Shown: piece after piece, positions 17,884 to 27,021 of the stretch
Layout: each line of letters begins with the position of its first letter
Position numbering within the stretch: the stretch's first letter is position 1
Source: Uliginosibacterium gangwonense
Lineage (GTDB): Bacteria > Pseudomonadota > Gammaproteobacteria > Burkholderiales > Rhodocyclaceae
Direction of reading: 5' to 3'
Assembly (NCBI GenBank): GCA_005239635.1
Contig: SBBQ01000039.1
Location: 19,299 to 83,298 of the forward strand
DNA: 64,000 bases
Notes under the pieces: generated by a model
What the model was told of the DNA's origin: nothing
Seen by the model: only the letters and a program-made list of their open reading frames with translations
Databases searched by the model: none
Program-made: the position numbers and the translations under genes

Positions 17884-19686
17884 ATGATCAAGGTTCTTCT
17901 TGTTGAGTCAAATGCAGCGGATGCCCAGCACCACAAAACGGCGCTGGAGCAGTGCGCGTGCGACATTACCGTCGTCACCTCTGGTACGGCGGCGCTCAAC
18001 TATATTCGTGACCATCAGCCAGAATTTGTTGTCGCAGCCGACCAGCTCTCAGACATCGAAGGCACAGAGCTGTGCAAGAGCATTCAAGCCGCTTTGGCGC
18101 CGACCTGGTGTCCCGTACTTCTATTAGGCGAGCCCAATAGCGAAGAGCGTCGTGTGGTTGCTTTTGAAGCAGGAGCCGACGCTTATCTAATCAAGCCTGT
18201 ATCGAGCCGCATGTTTGCGGCACGTATGCAGCATCTCATGCGCAGCATTGAGCGTGAGCGTCGTGAGCGCCAACGCGCTGAGGCGCTATCGCGCTACAAC
18301 ACGATTGAAGAAGAAGACCGTCGTGTGGCCATGCACTTAATGGACCGACTGGTTAACCGCGAAAAGCTCAATGATCCGGCTTTGTCGTACTGGATTCAGC
18401 CTGCGGCTTCGTTTAGTGGTGATCTGATTGCCGCAGCGCGCACACCGGGTAAATCGTTGTATGTCTTGTTGGCTGACGGTACCGGCCATGGCCTAGCGGC
18501 CTCATTAAACGTTTTGCCAATTACCGCACCGTTCTACCGTATGGCTGAGCGGGGATTTTCGATTGATGCCATTGTGCGCGAGCTCAATAGCAAGGTGCGA
18601 GAGTTACTACCGAGAGATCGTTTTGTTGCCGCAACTTTGGCTTCAATTAATTATCAGGACGGCATCGTACAAATCTGGAACGGTGGCAACCCTTACCCCA
18701 TGCTGCTGGTCAATGGCGGCACGTCAGCCGTCACCTGCGCGAGTCGACATTTGCCGCTGGGTGTGCTGGATCAAGAAGAACTCGATACCTCGCTTGAAAC
18801 GCATCGCTTGCCTGAGCATGGCAGTTTGTTGATGTATTCAGATGGCTTGCTCGAAGCTGAAAATGCACAGGGTAGTGCGTTTGGACGCGCACGTTTGCAA
18901 ACCGCATTGGCAGGGATCCGGCAAGAAGCCCGCATTGAACGCTTAAAGCGCGCGGTGTCGCATCATTTGGCGGGTGTGAATGCGCATGACGATATTTCTG
19001 TGGTGGTGGTGGACTGTGACCAGGGCATGAAGAGCGAAAGCCCTCAGACTTCAACACCGCCGAAGCGTGCCGCCAACCCGGCAGAGCGTTTGGGCGGCAG
19101 TGGCGGCCTGTGGCGCGTGAACATGTCGCTCACGGCACCTGAGCTCAAACGCCTTGATGTCATTCCGATGTTATTGAACTTGTTGCAGCAGTTCAAAATT
19201 CCGGAAGACCACGCGGGCAATTTATTTACCATCCTGTCCGAACTGTTCAACAACGCATTGGACCATGGTGTGTTGCGTCTGGACTCTGATTTAAAAGACC
19301 AACCGAACGGCATGGAAGAGTATTACAACGAACGCGCAGAACGACTTGCCAACCTAGAGTTTGGTTCAATTGATATCGGCATGTCACACATCATGCAAGG
19401 CGGCCAGGCCATCGAGATCATGGTGCGTGATTCAGGTGTGGGCTTCGACCATGAAAGCGCGGTCGAGAAAGTTGTGCACCATGCGCTGAATAACCCCTAT
19501 GGCCATGGCCGAGGCATTTTGCTGCTCAAACGCATGTGCACCGAGGTCACCTACCGCCGTGGTGGTGCAGAAGTATATGTGCGCTACCCGCTTGAAGAAG
19601 CGGCGCGTCTAGAGCAAGAATCATCACGCCCGCCGGCAGATATTTTGTCCGGCATTGATGCTGCGGTACTCAGCGCATTGCATTGA
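17884..19686 (+). CDS. REC - PP2C (SpoIIE-type) phosphatase - RsbW-like HATPase kinase (HsbR-like partner-switch regulator)
   Basis: REC-like N-terminus (KVLLVESNAAD..VVAADQLSDIEG..YLIKP). PP2C motifs (SGDLIAA..LLADGTGHGLAASL..MYSDGLLEA..DDISVVVV). HATPase N/G boxes (ELFNNALDHG, VRDSGVGFD, GHGRGILLLKRM). Confidence 0.8.
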   Translation: MIKVLLVESNAADAQHHKTALEQCACDITVVTSGTAALNYIRDHQPEFVVAADQLSDIEGTELCKSIQAALAPTWCPVLLLGEPNSEERRVVAFEAGADAYLIKPVSSRMFAARMQHLMRSIERERRERQRAEALSRYNTIEEEDRRVAMHLMDRLVNREKLNDPALSYWIQPAASFSGDLIAAARTPGKSLYVLLADGTGHGLAASLNVLPITAPFYRMAERGFSIDAIVRELNSKVRELLPRDRFVAATLASINYQDGIVQIWNGGNPYPMLLVNGGTSAVTCASRHLPLGVLDQEELDTSLETHRLPEHGSLLMYSDGLLEAENAQGSAFGRARLQTALAGIRQEARIERLKRAVSHHLAGVNAHDDISVVVVDCDQGMKSESPQTSTPPKRAANPAERLGGSGGLWRVNMSLTAPELKRLDVIPMLLNLLQQFKIPEDHAGNLFTILSELFNNALDHGVLRLDSDLKDQPNGMEEYYNERAERLANLEFGSIDIGMSHIMQGGQAIEIMVRDSGVGFDHESAVEKVVHHALNNPYGHGRGILLLKRMCTEVTYRRGGAEVYVRYPLEEAARLEQESSRPPADILSGIDAAVLSALH

Positions 19687-19821
19687 GCCCCTGTTGTCCG
19701 CGCCTACTCCCTAGGGGGTATCACGCTTCAATTCCATTCATTTCTTAGCTGAATTGCCGTTTTTAATTGAAGTGCCGCAGCCAGCGAGCACCGAAGTAAA
19801 AAAACAATTCGGAGATGGGCA

Positions 19822-21522
19822 ATGAACAAGATCAGGGCCGTCGGCCTGGTTTGGATGAGCATGTTGGGCCTCGGATTGGCAACAACGTGCATCACGTTGC
19901 TGGCCATGTTTCTGGTTGGCGTTAAGAGTGGCGTCGCCCTTTGGTCCGTGGCTTTATGTGCAGGGGTGGTTTCAGCCACCTTGGCCGCAATTCTGATCCA
20001 CGTTTTATGGTCGCGCCCCTTGCGACAAATGCGAACCGTCATTGAACAAATACGTCGCGATGGTGATTTGGTGCGACGGGTTGGCAACTTGCCTGGCGAA
20101 GTGGGGCAGACCGCTTCTTCGCTCAATTTACTGCTCGAAAATTTTCAGAGCCTGATTGGCAAAGTCATTTTCAGCTCGCAACAATTTCTCAAAGTTTCCG
20201 AATCTATTGTGCAGGATGCCCGTCATATGGCGGATGGCTTTCATGTGCAAGAAGACGCTGCGCAAGGCACTGCAGTGGCGATTGATGCCATGAGCGCGGG
20301 GATTGCTGAAGTGGGTAATAGCGCTGCAGGTACAGAAGGCAATGCGCGTGAAGCACGCGAGTTGGCGGTGCGCGGCGGTGAAATTGCGCAACATGCCAAA
20401 GCTGAAATTGAACTCATCGCACAAACGGTAGAGCGTGCGGCAGGCGTGATCCATCAGCTCGGTGAGCGCTCAACCGAGATTGGCGGGATTGTTGAGACCA
20501 TTCAAGCAATTGCCGAACAAACGAATTTGCTGGCCTTGAATGCAGCGATTGAAGCGGCGCGAGCAGGCGATGCGGGACGAGGCTTTGCCGTCGTGGCAGA
20601 CGAAGTTCGTAAGTTGGCTGAACACACTTCAACTGCGACAGCTGAAATACGACATATTGTCGCTGCGATTCAAGATGAAACGCGCAATGCAGTACAGGCT
20701 GTGCAACTAGGTAGCGAACAGGCGCGCATTGGCGCAGGTCAGGCCGCTGAGGTGATGGCTGCGCTTGATCAAATTCGAGTCGGCGCAGATCAAACGATGA
20801 TGCAAGTTGCCTCAATCGCCACTGCGATTAATCAGCAAGGTGCTGTGAGCGCAGATATTTCGGATCACGCGCGCAAGATTCTTCAGATGTCTTCTGAAAA
20901 TGCTAAGCGTACGCGCCACACGGTTGAAGTTGCGGGGCAGCTCGATTACATGGGGCAAAACCTGCAAGAGGTGGGCAATGTATTTAAGCTGGGTGAGCAA
21001 GGTAAGCGTTCACTAGAGCTGCATGAGAAAACCACGCATCTCGTACAAGAAGCTGCCAGCAAGATTTCTGAGGTGCTGGAAGCCGCACTCGCACGGGGCG
21101 AAATTACGGTTGATGCCTTGTTCGATGAAAAGTATGTGCGCATTGAAGGCACGGATCCGCCGAAATTTCATACTCGGTTTGATGCGCTGACCGATCGCCT
21201 ATTCCCCGCCGTTCAAGAATCAATCTTGTTGCGTATTCCAGATTTGGTCTATGCCGGCGCAGTGGATCGCAAGGGATATTTCCCCACACACAATAAACGT
21301 TTCAGTCAGCCTTTATCTGGCAACAAATTAGCCGATATTGCCAATAACAGAACTAAAAGAATATTCGACGATGCAGTGGGTAAGCGCTGCGGCGCTCACC
21401 GATTGCCTTTTCTGATGCAAACCTATCGCCGTGACACCGGCGAGGTCATGCACGACATTTCTGCGCCGATTATGGTGCAAGGCCGCCACTGGGGCGGTTT
21501 TCGTATTGGTTACAAAGCTTAG
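19822..21522 (+). CDS. MCP with TM hairpin, HAMP and signalling domain, plus an extra C-terminal PAS/Cache-like domain
   Basis: SD ggag. Two TM segments with no periplasmic loop. Signalling hairpin [32 protein letters not shown] ~165-aa C-terminal extension ends ..[54 protein letters not shown]. Confidence 0.85.
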   Translation: MNKIRAVGLVWMSMLGLGLATTCITLLAMFLVGVKSGVALWSVALCAGVVSATLAAILIHVLWSRPLRQMRTVIEQIRRDGDLVRRVGNLPGEVGQTASSLNLLLENFQSLIGKVIFSSQQFLKVSESIVQDARHMADGFHVQEDAAQGTAVAIDAMSAGIAEVGNSAAGTEGNAREARELAVRGGEIAQHAKAEIELIAQTVERAAGVIHQLGERSTEIGGIVETIQAIAEQTNLLALNAAIEAARAGDAGRGFAVVADEVRKLAEHTSTATAEIRHIVAAIQDETRNAVQAVQLGSEQARIGAGQAAEVMAALDQIRVGADQTMMQVASIATAINQQGAVSADISDHARKILQMSSENAKRTRHTVEVAGQLDYMGQNLQEVGNVFKLGEQGKRSLELHEKTTHLVQEAASKISEVLEAALARGEITVDALFDEKYVRIEGTDPPKFHTRFDALTDRLFPAVQESILLRIPDLVYAGAVDRKGYFPTHNKRFSQPLSGNKLADIANNRTKRIFDDAVGKRCGAHRLPFLMQTYRRDTGEVMHDISAPIMVQGRHWGGFRIGYKA

Positions 21523-21573
21523 TGCAGCCATTTCATGCCACTTCTTTGTTCTGTTAAGTAGATCGAGATTGCA

Positions 21574-23604
21574 ATGAAAGTCCCATTTATTTTTGTACCC
21601 GCTGCCGCAGTCATGAATCGACTGCGCTTTTCATTCAAGGTTGCGTTGGTTGCAGTCGTGGCACTCTCGCTCACAGCGCTGTTGGCGGGCATTATTGTGA
21701 CGGACCGTATCAGTGAGATTAAATCGCTGCACAGTGAAGAAGCGGGCGCTTTATATATTGCCGAAGAAATTAAGCTCATAAATTTGCTTCAGCAGCACCG
21801 CGGTTTATCAACCAGCCTGCTTAAAGGCGCGAGCAATCTGACGAGCAAGGTGCAAGAAACGCAACAGCAAATTGAACAACAATTGGCCAAGATTGACGAA
21901 CAGGCTAAGCACGCGAGCGTATATTTCTCAGTTACGGATGCCCTGGCAAAAAGCCGCTCTGCATGGTCTTCCATACGGTCTGGCTTGGCTAACAGCCAAG
22001 CCGATGCCAACTTTGCCAATCACACCGCGCTGATTGAGCAAAATATCGCTCAGCTCCGGGTTGTGGCCGATGCCTCTGGCATGAGCTACGACCCTTACCC
22101 CGATAGTTATTTGCTGCAAGAGTTGTTAGTCAATTATTTGCCGTGGTCTGGTGAGTACTCCGCACGCCTGCGTGGGCAGGCAGCAGGTCTTGCGGCTGTC
22201 AAACAGGCAAGCTCGGAACAGTTGCAACGCTTGGCCGTGACGACGGGTACGCTGACATTTGCTTATGACAAAGTGACCGCAGCGATTAGCCGCATCCACC
22301 CGCATTTGCATGCAGGTGATTACGAGTTGATTAATTCGCAAATGGTTGAGCAAAAGGCAGCACTCACTGGGGTGAGTCAAGTCATTGCGGATGACATTTA
22401 TTCACAACGCTTTCAAATCGATTCTGCGCGCATGTTCAGTTTAGCGAGTGCCCCGGTCGCCGCGAATCAAAAACTTAGTGATAACGTGCGCGATGTATTG
22501 GTCACGTCATTGTCGGACCACATTCGCGAAGTACGCAGTTCTATGGTCGTGACGCTGGTGGCAACGTTTGTCGCACTGGGCCTCATGGCGTATCTCATGA
22601 GCGGCTGGTATTTCTCGGTGCTGGTGGCAGTAAGGCAAGCTGTGGATGGCGGCCACCGTATGGCGGACGGCGATTTAACGGCACGTGTTGAAATTGATTC
22701 GCGTGATGAGATGCGCGACATCGGTGATTCGTTTAATCGCATGGCGGATTCACTCCGCGTGATGGTCGCCAGTATTAAACATGGCACGGGGCAAATTGCG
22801 CGGGTGTCCGGCGAGTTGGCTTCGACGGCTGCACATATTAGCCACTCGACGGATATGCAGAGCGAAAGCGCCTCATCTATGGCAGCTTCGATTGAAGAAA
22901 TGAGTGCCAGCATTCAAACGGTTGCGGATAGCGCAGCTGAAGTTGACCAATTATCAGCAGCCAGCCTAGCCGGTGCGCACCAAGGCACGCAGAGCACCAC
23001 AGCGATGATGGCTGAGATTGGCCGTGTGGGCGAGGTGGTTTCAGAAATTGCCAAAACCACCACGCAGTTTGTGAATTGCACGCGTGAAATTTCGAGCATG
23101 ACCAAACAGGTGCGCGATATTGCTGAGCAAACTAATTTGTTAGCACTTAATGCCGCAATTGAAGCGGCGCGTGCAGGTGAAGCCGGCCGCGGTTTTGCTG
23201 TGGTAGCGGATGAGGTGCGCAAGCTGGCAGAAAAGTCTGCAGCTGCCGCAAGTGAGATCGACAATATTACCCACGACCTGACCAAGCGCTCGGAGTCGGT
23301 GGATGAAGTGGTGAGTCGTGGTACAGAAGCCATTCAACAATCGCTGAGCTGTGTAGATAACGTTGTGAACGTTCTGCAAGGGGCGCATCGCTCTGTCGAA
23401 TCGTCGCGCGCAGGGATGTCTGACATCACCTGTTCAGTCAGTGAACAAAATGTTGCGGCTCAAGAACTGGCTGGGCAGGTCGAAAGTATTGCCCATGCGG
23501 CAGAGGAAAATAGTATTTCAATCAGGGACTTGGCGAGCAGAACCGGGGCGCTCAAGGCCTTAGCCGAGGAGCTGGAAGGGCCCGTTGGAAAGTTTCGCGT
23601 TTAA
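21574..23604 (+). CDS. MCP with a periplasmic NIT-like (nitrate/nitrite-sensing type) domain, HAMP and signalling domain
   Basis: TM1 is followed by a long helical periplasmic region with [16 protein letters not shown] (NIT-like signature). Then TM2, HAMP (DGDLTARVE) and [31 protein letters not shown]. Confidence 0.8.
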   Translation: MKVPFIFVPAAAVMNRLRFSFKVALVAVVALSLTALLAGIIVTDRISEIKSLHSEEAGALYIAEEIKLINLLQQHRGLSTSLLKGASNLTSKVQETQQQIEQQLAKIDEQAKHASVYFSVTDALAKSRSAWSSIRSGLANSQADANFANHTALIEQNIAQLRVVADASGMSYDPYPDSYLLQELLVNYLPWSGEYSARLRGQAAGLAAVKQASSEQLQRLAVTTGTLTFAYDKVTAAISRIHPHLHAGDYELINSQMVEQKAALTGVSQVIADDIYSQRFQIDSARMFSLASAPVAANQKLSDNVRDVLVTSLSDHIREVRSSMVVTLVATFVALGLMAYLMSGWYFSVLVAVRQAVDGGHRMADGDLTARVEIDSRDEMRDIGDSFNRMADSLRVMVASIKHGTGQIARVSGELASTAAHISHSTDMQSESASSMAASIEEMSASIQTVADSAAEVDQLSAASLAGAHQGTQSTTAMMAEIGRVGEVVSEIAKTTTQFVNCTREISSMTKQVRDIAEQTNLLALNAAIEAARAGEAGRGFAVVADEVRKLAEKSAAAASEIDNITHDLTKRSESVDEVVSRGTEAIQQSLSCVDNVVNVLQGAHRSVESSRAGMSDITCSVSEQNVAAQELAGQVESIAHAAEENSISIRDLASRTGALKALAEELEGPVGKFRV

Positions 23605-23627
23605 GTCTTTGGTAGAGGTGCCGTAAT
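23601..23627 (+). promoter_or_regulatory. Candidate sigma28 promoter upstream of cheV-cheV-cheY-cheZ-cheA
   Basis: TTAAGtctttggtagaggtGCCGTAAT. The -35 element overlaps the MCP stop codon. It lies 43 nt upstream of ATG 23670. Confidence 0.45.
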
Positions 23628-23669
23628 AGGCATATCAGCCCCCTGCGACCGTCGTCGGAGAGTATCGCA

Positions 23670-24635
23670 ATGTCAGAACTGCTTAAAAATATTGATGCCC
23701 GTACGCGCTTAGCTGGCACCAACAAGCTTGAAATTCTTATGTTCTCGCTTGGTGTCGATAGCCGAACCGGCCGTCGCGAAACCTTTGGTATTAACGTATT
23801 TAAAGTGCGCGAAGTGATGCGTACGCCGGAGGTGACTGCCGCGCCTGAAATGCCGAATGCGGTTAACGGTATGGTGAGCTTGCGTGGTGTTCTTGTGCCG
23901 GTGGTGGATTTGGCGCAGTTTGCCAATTTCCCCAGCGATACTCCGCGTGAAGTCATGATCGTGACCGAGTACAACGGTCATACTCAAGGTTTCCTCGTTG
24001 AATCAGTCGATACCATTTTGCGCCTCGACTGGTCGCAAATGCGTGTTCCCCCCGAAATGATGACTGCCAATATGGGTGGTCTTGTCACCGCTGTAACTGA
24101 ACTGCCGGATGGTCGTTTGGTGATGATGCTCGACGTTGAAAAGGTACTGTCCGAAACCACTGAGGTGGATGATGACTATCGCTTCCGCGACATTCAGAAC
24201 CTGGGCATGCCCGAAGCCACCGTGTTCTATTGCGATGACTCTTCGGTTGCGCGCAACCAGATTTTCCGCACGCTTGAGATCTTGGGCTTGCGTTCTCATT
24301 CAGCTGTGAATGGCAAGATGGCGTGGGACGAGCTGCGCAAGATTGCAGACTACGCCGAGGCTAATGGGCGCAAAGTTAAAGACGCGGTGCAACTGATTTT
24401 GACCGACGTTGAAATGCCGGAAATGGATGGCTACATCCTGACCAAAAACATCAAGAGCGATCCGCGTTTTGCGGGTGTGCCGGTGATCATGCATTCCTCA
24501 CTTTCTTCTATGTCTAACCAGAGCTTGGGTCGTTCTGTGGGCGTGGATGAGTATGTGCCCAAGTTTGAACCGCAGCGTTTGGCCGAGGTCCTCGGTCGTC
24601 TGCTCAAGCGCGACACCCTTAAGTCCGCTGCCTGA
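23670..24635 (+). CDS. cheV: CheV (CheW-like domain + REC), copy 1
   Basis: CheW-like N-terminus (LEILMFSLG..FGINVFKVREVM..VSLRGVLVPVVDL). C-terminal REC (VFYCDDSSVAR..LILTDVEMPEMDG..YVPKF). Confidence 0.88.
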   Translation: MSELLKNIDARTRLAGTNKLEILMFSLGVDSRTGRRETFGINVFKVREVMRTPEVTAAPEMPNAVNGMVSLRGVLVPVVDLAQFANFPSDTPREVMIVTEYNGHTQGFLVESVDTILRLDWSQMRVPPEMMTANMGGLVTAVTELPDGRLVMMLDVEKVLSETTEVDDDYRFRDIQNLGMPEATVFYCDDSSVARNQIFRTLEILGLRSHSAVNGKMAWDELRKIADYAEANGRKVKDAVQLILTDVEMPEMDGYILTKNIKSDPRFAGVPVIMHSSLSSMSNQSLGRSVGVDEYVPKFEPQRLAEVLGRLLKRDTLKSAA

Positions 24636-25588
24636 TGGAGAGTGCAATCGTGGATCGTACCGACAACAAATTGCTTGAATCAGTCGATGCCCGCACCAAG
24701 CTGGCGGGCTCTAACTGCATGGAAATCCTGCTGTTCAATCTGGGCAGCTCAGAAATTTTCGGCATTAACGTATTTAAAGTGCGCGAAGTTTGCCGCACCC
24801 CGATGATCACGCCGTCACCCAATATGCCGGGCGGCGTTGAAGGCTTGATCTCGCTACGCGGCAACGTCATTCCGGTGATGTCGCTGGCCAAGGTGATGGG
24901 CCTAGATGCAGAAGGCGATAGCACCGCCTCCATGATGGTGACCGAGTACAACAAGCGCGTATTGGGTTTCTTGGTACATGCGGTTGATCGCATCATTCGT
25001 GTGGATTGGGACCGCGTGCGCGCACCGGAAAGCGTGTTGTCAGGCGAACAGCATCACATTACCGCGATTACTGAACTCGAAGACGGCAAGCTGGTTTCCA
25101 TCCTCGACGTGGAAAGTATTTTGGCACGCACATTTGGTGATGCGGTGGCAACAGAAATCGCGCCCATCGGAGGAGATAGGGAATACAACGTCTTTTTCGT
25201 GGATGACTCGACTGTCGCCCGCAAGAAAATTGCTGAAGTGTTGGATCAGATGGGTGTGCGCCACAAGCATGCACTCAACGGCATGGAAGCTTGGACACGT
25301 CTGCAAGGTATGGCCGCCCACATGGCGCAGTCTGGCGGCGATATCTCCAGTGAGATTGATCTCATTCTGGTGGACGCAGAAATGCCTGAAATGGACGGTT
25401 ACGTGCTGACACGGAACATTAAATCTGACCCGCGCTTTAACGGTATTCCGGTGGTGATGCACTCATCTTTGTCGTCTGAAGCGAATCGGGCGATGGGCAA
25501 GAGTGTGGGCACGGATGCCTATGTGGCGAAGTTTGATGCAGAAGTTTTGTCGGACACATTGCGTCCGCTTCTGTTGAAGAAGAACTGA
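24635..25588 (+). CDS. cheV: CheV (CheW-like domain + REC), copy 2
   Basis: TGATG overlap with copy 1. MEILLFNLGSSEIFGINVFKVREV..ISLRGNVIPVMSL; REC (VFFVDDSTVAR..LILVDAEMPEMDG..YVAKF). Confidence 0.88.
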   Translation: MESAIVDRTDNKLLESVDARTKLAGSNCMEILLFNLGSSEIFGINVFKVREVCRTPMITPSPNMPGGVEGLISLRGNVIPVMSLAKVMGLDAEGDSTASMMVTEYNKRVLGFLVHAVDRIIRVDWDRVRAPESVLSGEQHHITAITELEDGKLVSILDVESILARTFGDAVATEIAPIGGDREYNVFFVDDSTVARKKIAEVLDQMGVRHKHALNGMEAWTRLQGMAAHMAQSGGDISSEIDLILVDAEMPEMDGYVLTRNIKSDPRFNGIPVVMHSSLSSEANRAMGKSVGTDAYVAKFDAEVLSDTLRPLLLKKN

Positions 25589-25628
25589 AGTCGAGTCAAA
25601 AAATTTTGCAGGGTTTTTGGAGTAGAAC

Positions 25629-26027
25629 ATGAGCGATCCCAAAATGAAATTCCTGGTCGTCGACGACTTTTCGACCATGCGCCGTATTGTGCGCAACCTG
25701 TTGAAGGAACTGGGGTTCCAAAACGTGGAGGAGGCCGAAGATGGCGTGGTTGCACTTCAAAAGCTGAAGGGCGGCGGTTTCGAGTTCGTCGTGTCAGACT
25801 GGAATATGCCCAATATGACCGGCATTGAATTGCTGCGCGCAATTCGTGCCGATGGAGAACTTAAGCATTTGCCCGTGCTCATGATTACGGCAGAGGCTAA
25901 AAAAGAAAACATCATCGAAGCAGCTCAGGCTGGTGCTTCTGGCTACATCGTCAAGCCCTTTACGGCAGCCACGCTGTCTGAAAAGCTGACCAAAATCTTC
26001 GAAAAAATGGAGAAGAAGGCAGCCTGA
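25629..26027 (+). CDS. cheY: Chemotaxis response regulator CheY (pathway 2, enteric/Pseudomonas type)
   Basis: [60 protein letters not shown]. Confidence 0.93.
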   Translation: MSDPKMKFLVVDDFSTMRRIVRNLLKELGFQNVEEAEDGVVALQKLKGGGFEFVVSDWNMPNMTGIELLRAIRADGELKHLPVLMITAEAKKENIIEAAQAGASGYIVKPFTAATLSEKLTKIFEKMEKKAA

Positions 26028-26085
26028 TAACTTGCTCGAATGGGCAAGTTAGACGCACCGCGCAACAGGACTGCGAAGGATGATC

Positions 26086-26931
26086 ATGGCAAAGAATCTG
26101 AAACTAGACGAATCAGGCGATTCCGAGGATCTACAAGCGTTGTTTGACGACATCGCGATCTCGGCGACCCAGAAGCCCAAGCTTGAAGTGGTAGCAGAGC
26201 CGCCTGCACTGGGTGACAACCCAGATCTCGAATCATTGTTTGACTCAATTGCGGCCGAGTCTGTGCCGGAAGTCGGCACAGTCAGTCCGAGCTTACAGCC
26301 GGCTGAGAATGATGCAGACGGCCATAGTGGCGACACCGTTTTCAATAAGGTGGGCACCATGACGCGCCAATTGCATGATTGCTTGCGTGGTCTGGGTGTT
26401 GAGGATGCAGTGCAACACGCCGCTGAACAAATTCCGGATACCCGTGAGCGCTTGGCTTATATCACACGCATGACGGAACAAGCCGCGAGTCGTGTGCTCA
26501 ATGCGACCGATGTGGTGCGTCCGGTGATTAGCAAATTTGACACAGATCGTGCGGGCTTAGACGCACGTTGGGATGCCATGTTTGCCAATCAACTGTCTGT
26601 TGAAGAATTTAAAGCGCTGGCTGCTGACACTCGTTCCTTCTTGAAGGGTGGTGTAGAAGTCGGCAAGACCATGAACGAACAGATTACTGAAATCGTCATG
26701 GCGCAAGACTTCCAAGATTTGACCGGTCAAGTGATCAAGAAGGTGGTTGATCTGGTGCAGCAATTGGAGTCTCAACTGCTGCAAGTGCTGATCGAGAGCA
26801 TGCCGGAAGAGAAGCGCGTCGAAGCTGGCGATGGCTTGCTCAATGGTCCGGTGATCAACTCGGTTGGCCGTAATGATGTGGTGACCAGCCAAGAGCAGGT
26901 AGACGAATTGCTAGAGAGCCTCGGGTTCTGA
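26086..26931 (+). CDS. cheZ: CheY-P phosphatase CheZ
   Basis: Catalytic region DFQDLTGQVIKKVVDLV. C-terminal CheY-binding peptide QEQVDELLESLGF. ATG 26086 lies 5 nt after SD gaagga; the ORF-track start is at 26080. Confidence 0.9.
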   Translation: MAKNLKLDESGDSEDLQALFDDIAISATQKPKLEVVAEPPALGDNPDLESLFDSIAAESVPEVGTVSPSLQPAENDADGHSGDTVFNKVGTMTRQLHDCLRGLGVEDAVQHAAEQIPDTRERLAYITRMTEQAASRVLNATDVVRPVISKFDTDRAGLDARWDAMFANQLSVEEFKALAADTRSFLKGGVEVGKTMNEQITEIVMAQDFQDLTGQVIKKVVDLVQQLESQLLQVLIESMPEEKRVEAGDGLLNGPVINSVGRNDVVTSQEQVDELLESLGF

Positions 26932-27021
26932 GGTTTGCTGCCGTTAATTGGGTAACACGGGTTAAAGAATCGCGGAGCTGGTTCCGCACAAAGTACAACC
27001 CATCTTGAGAGTGAGCGAGCG

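Noticed and set aside
26940-26947. GCCGTTAA octamer in the cheZ-cheA2 gap, identical to the local sigma28 -10 element.
   Set aside because: The sequence 19 to 20 nt upstream reads TCGGG, not T(C/T/A)AAG. With no -35 match it may be chance, or at best a weak internal promoter.
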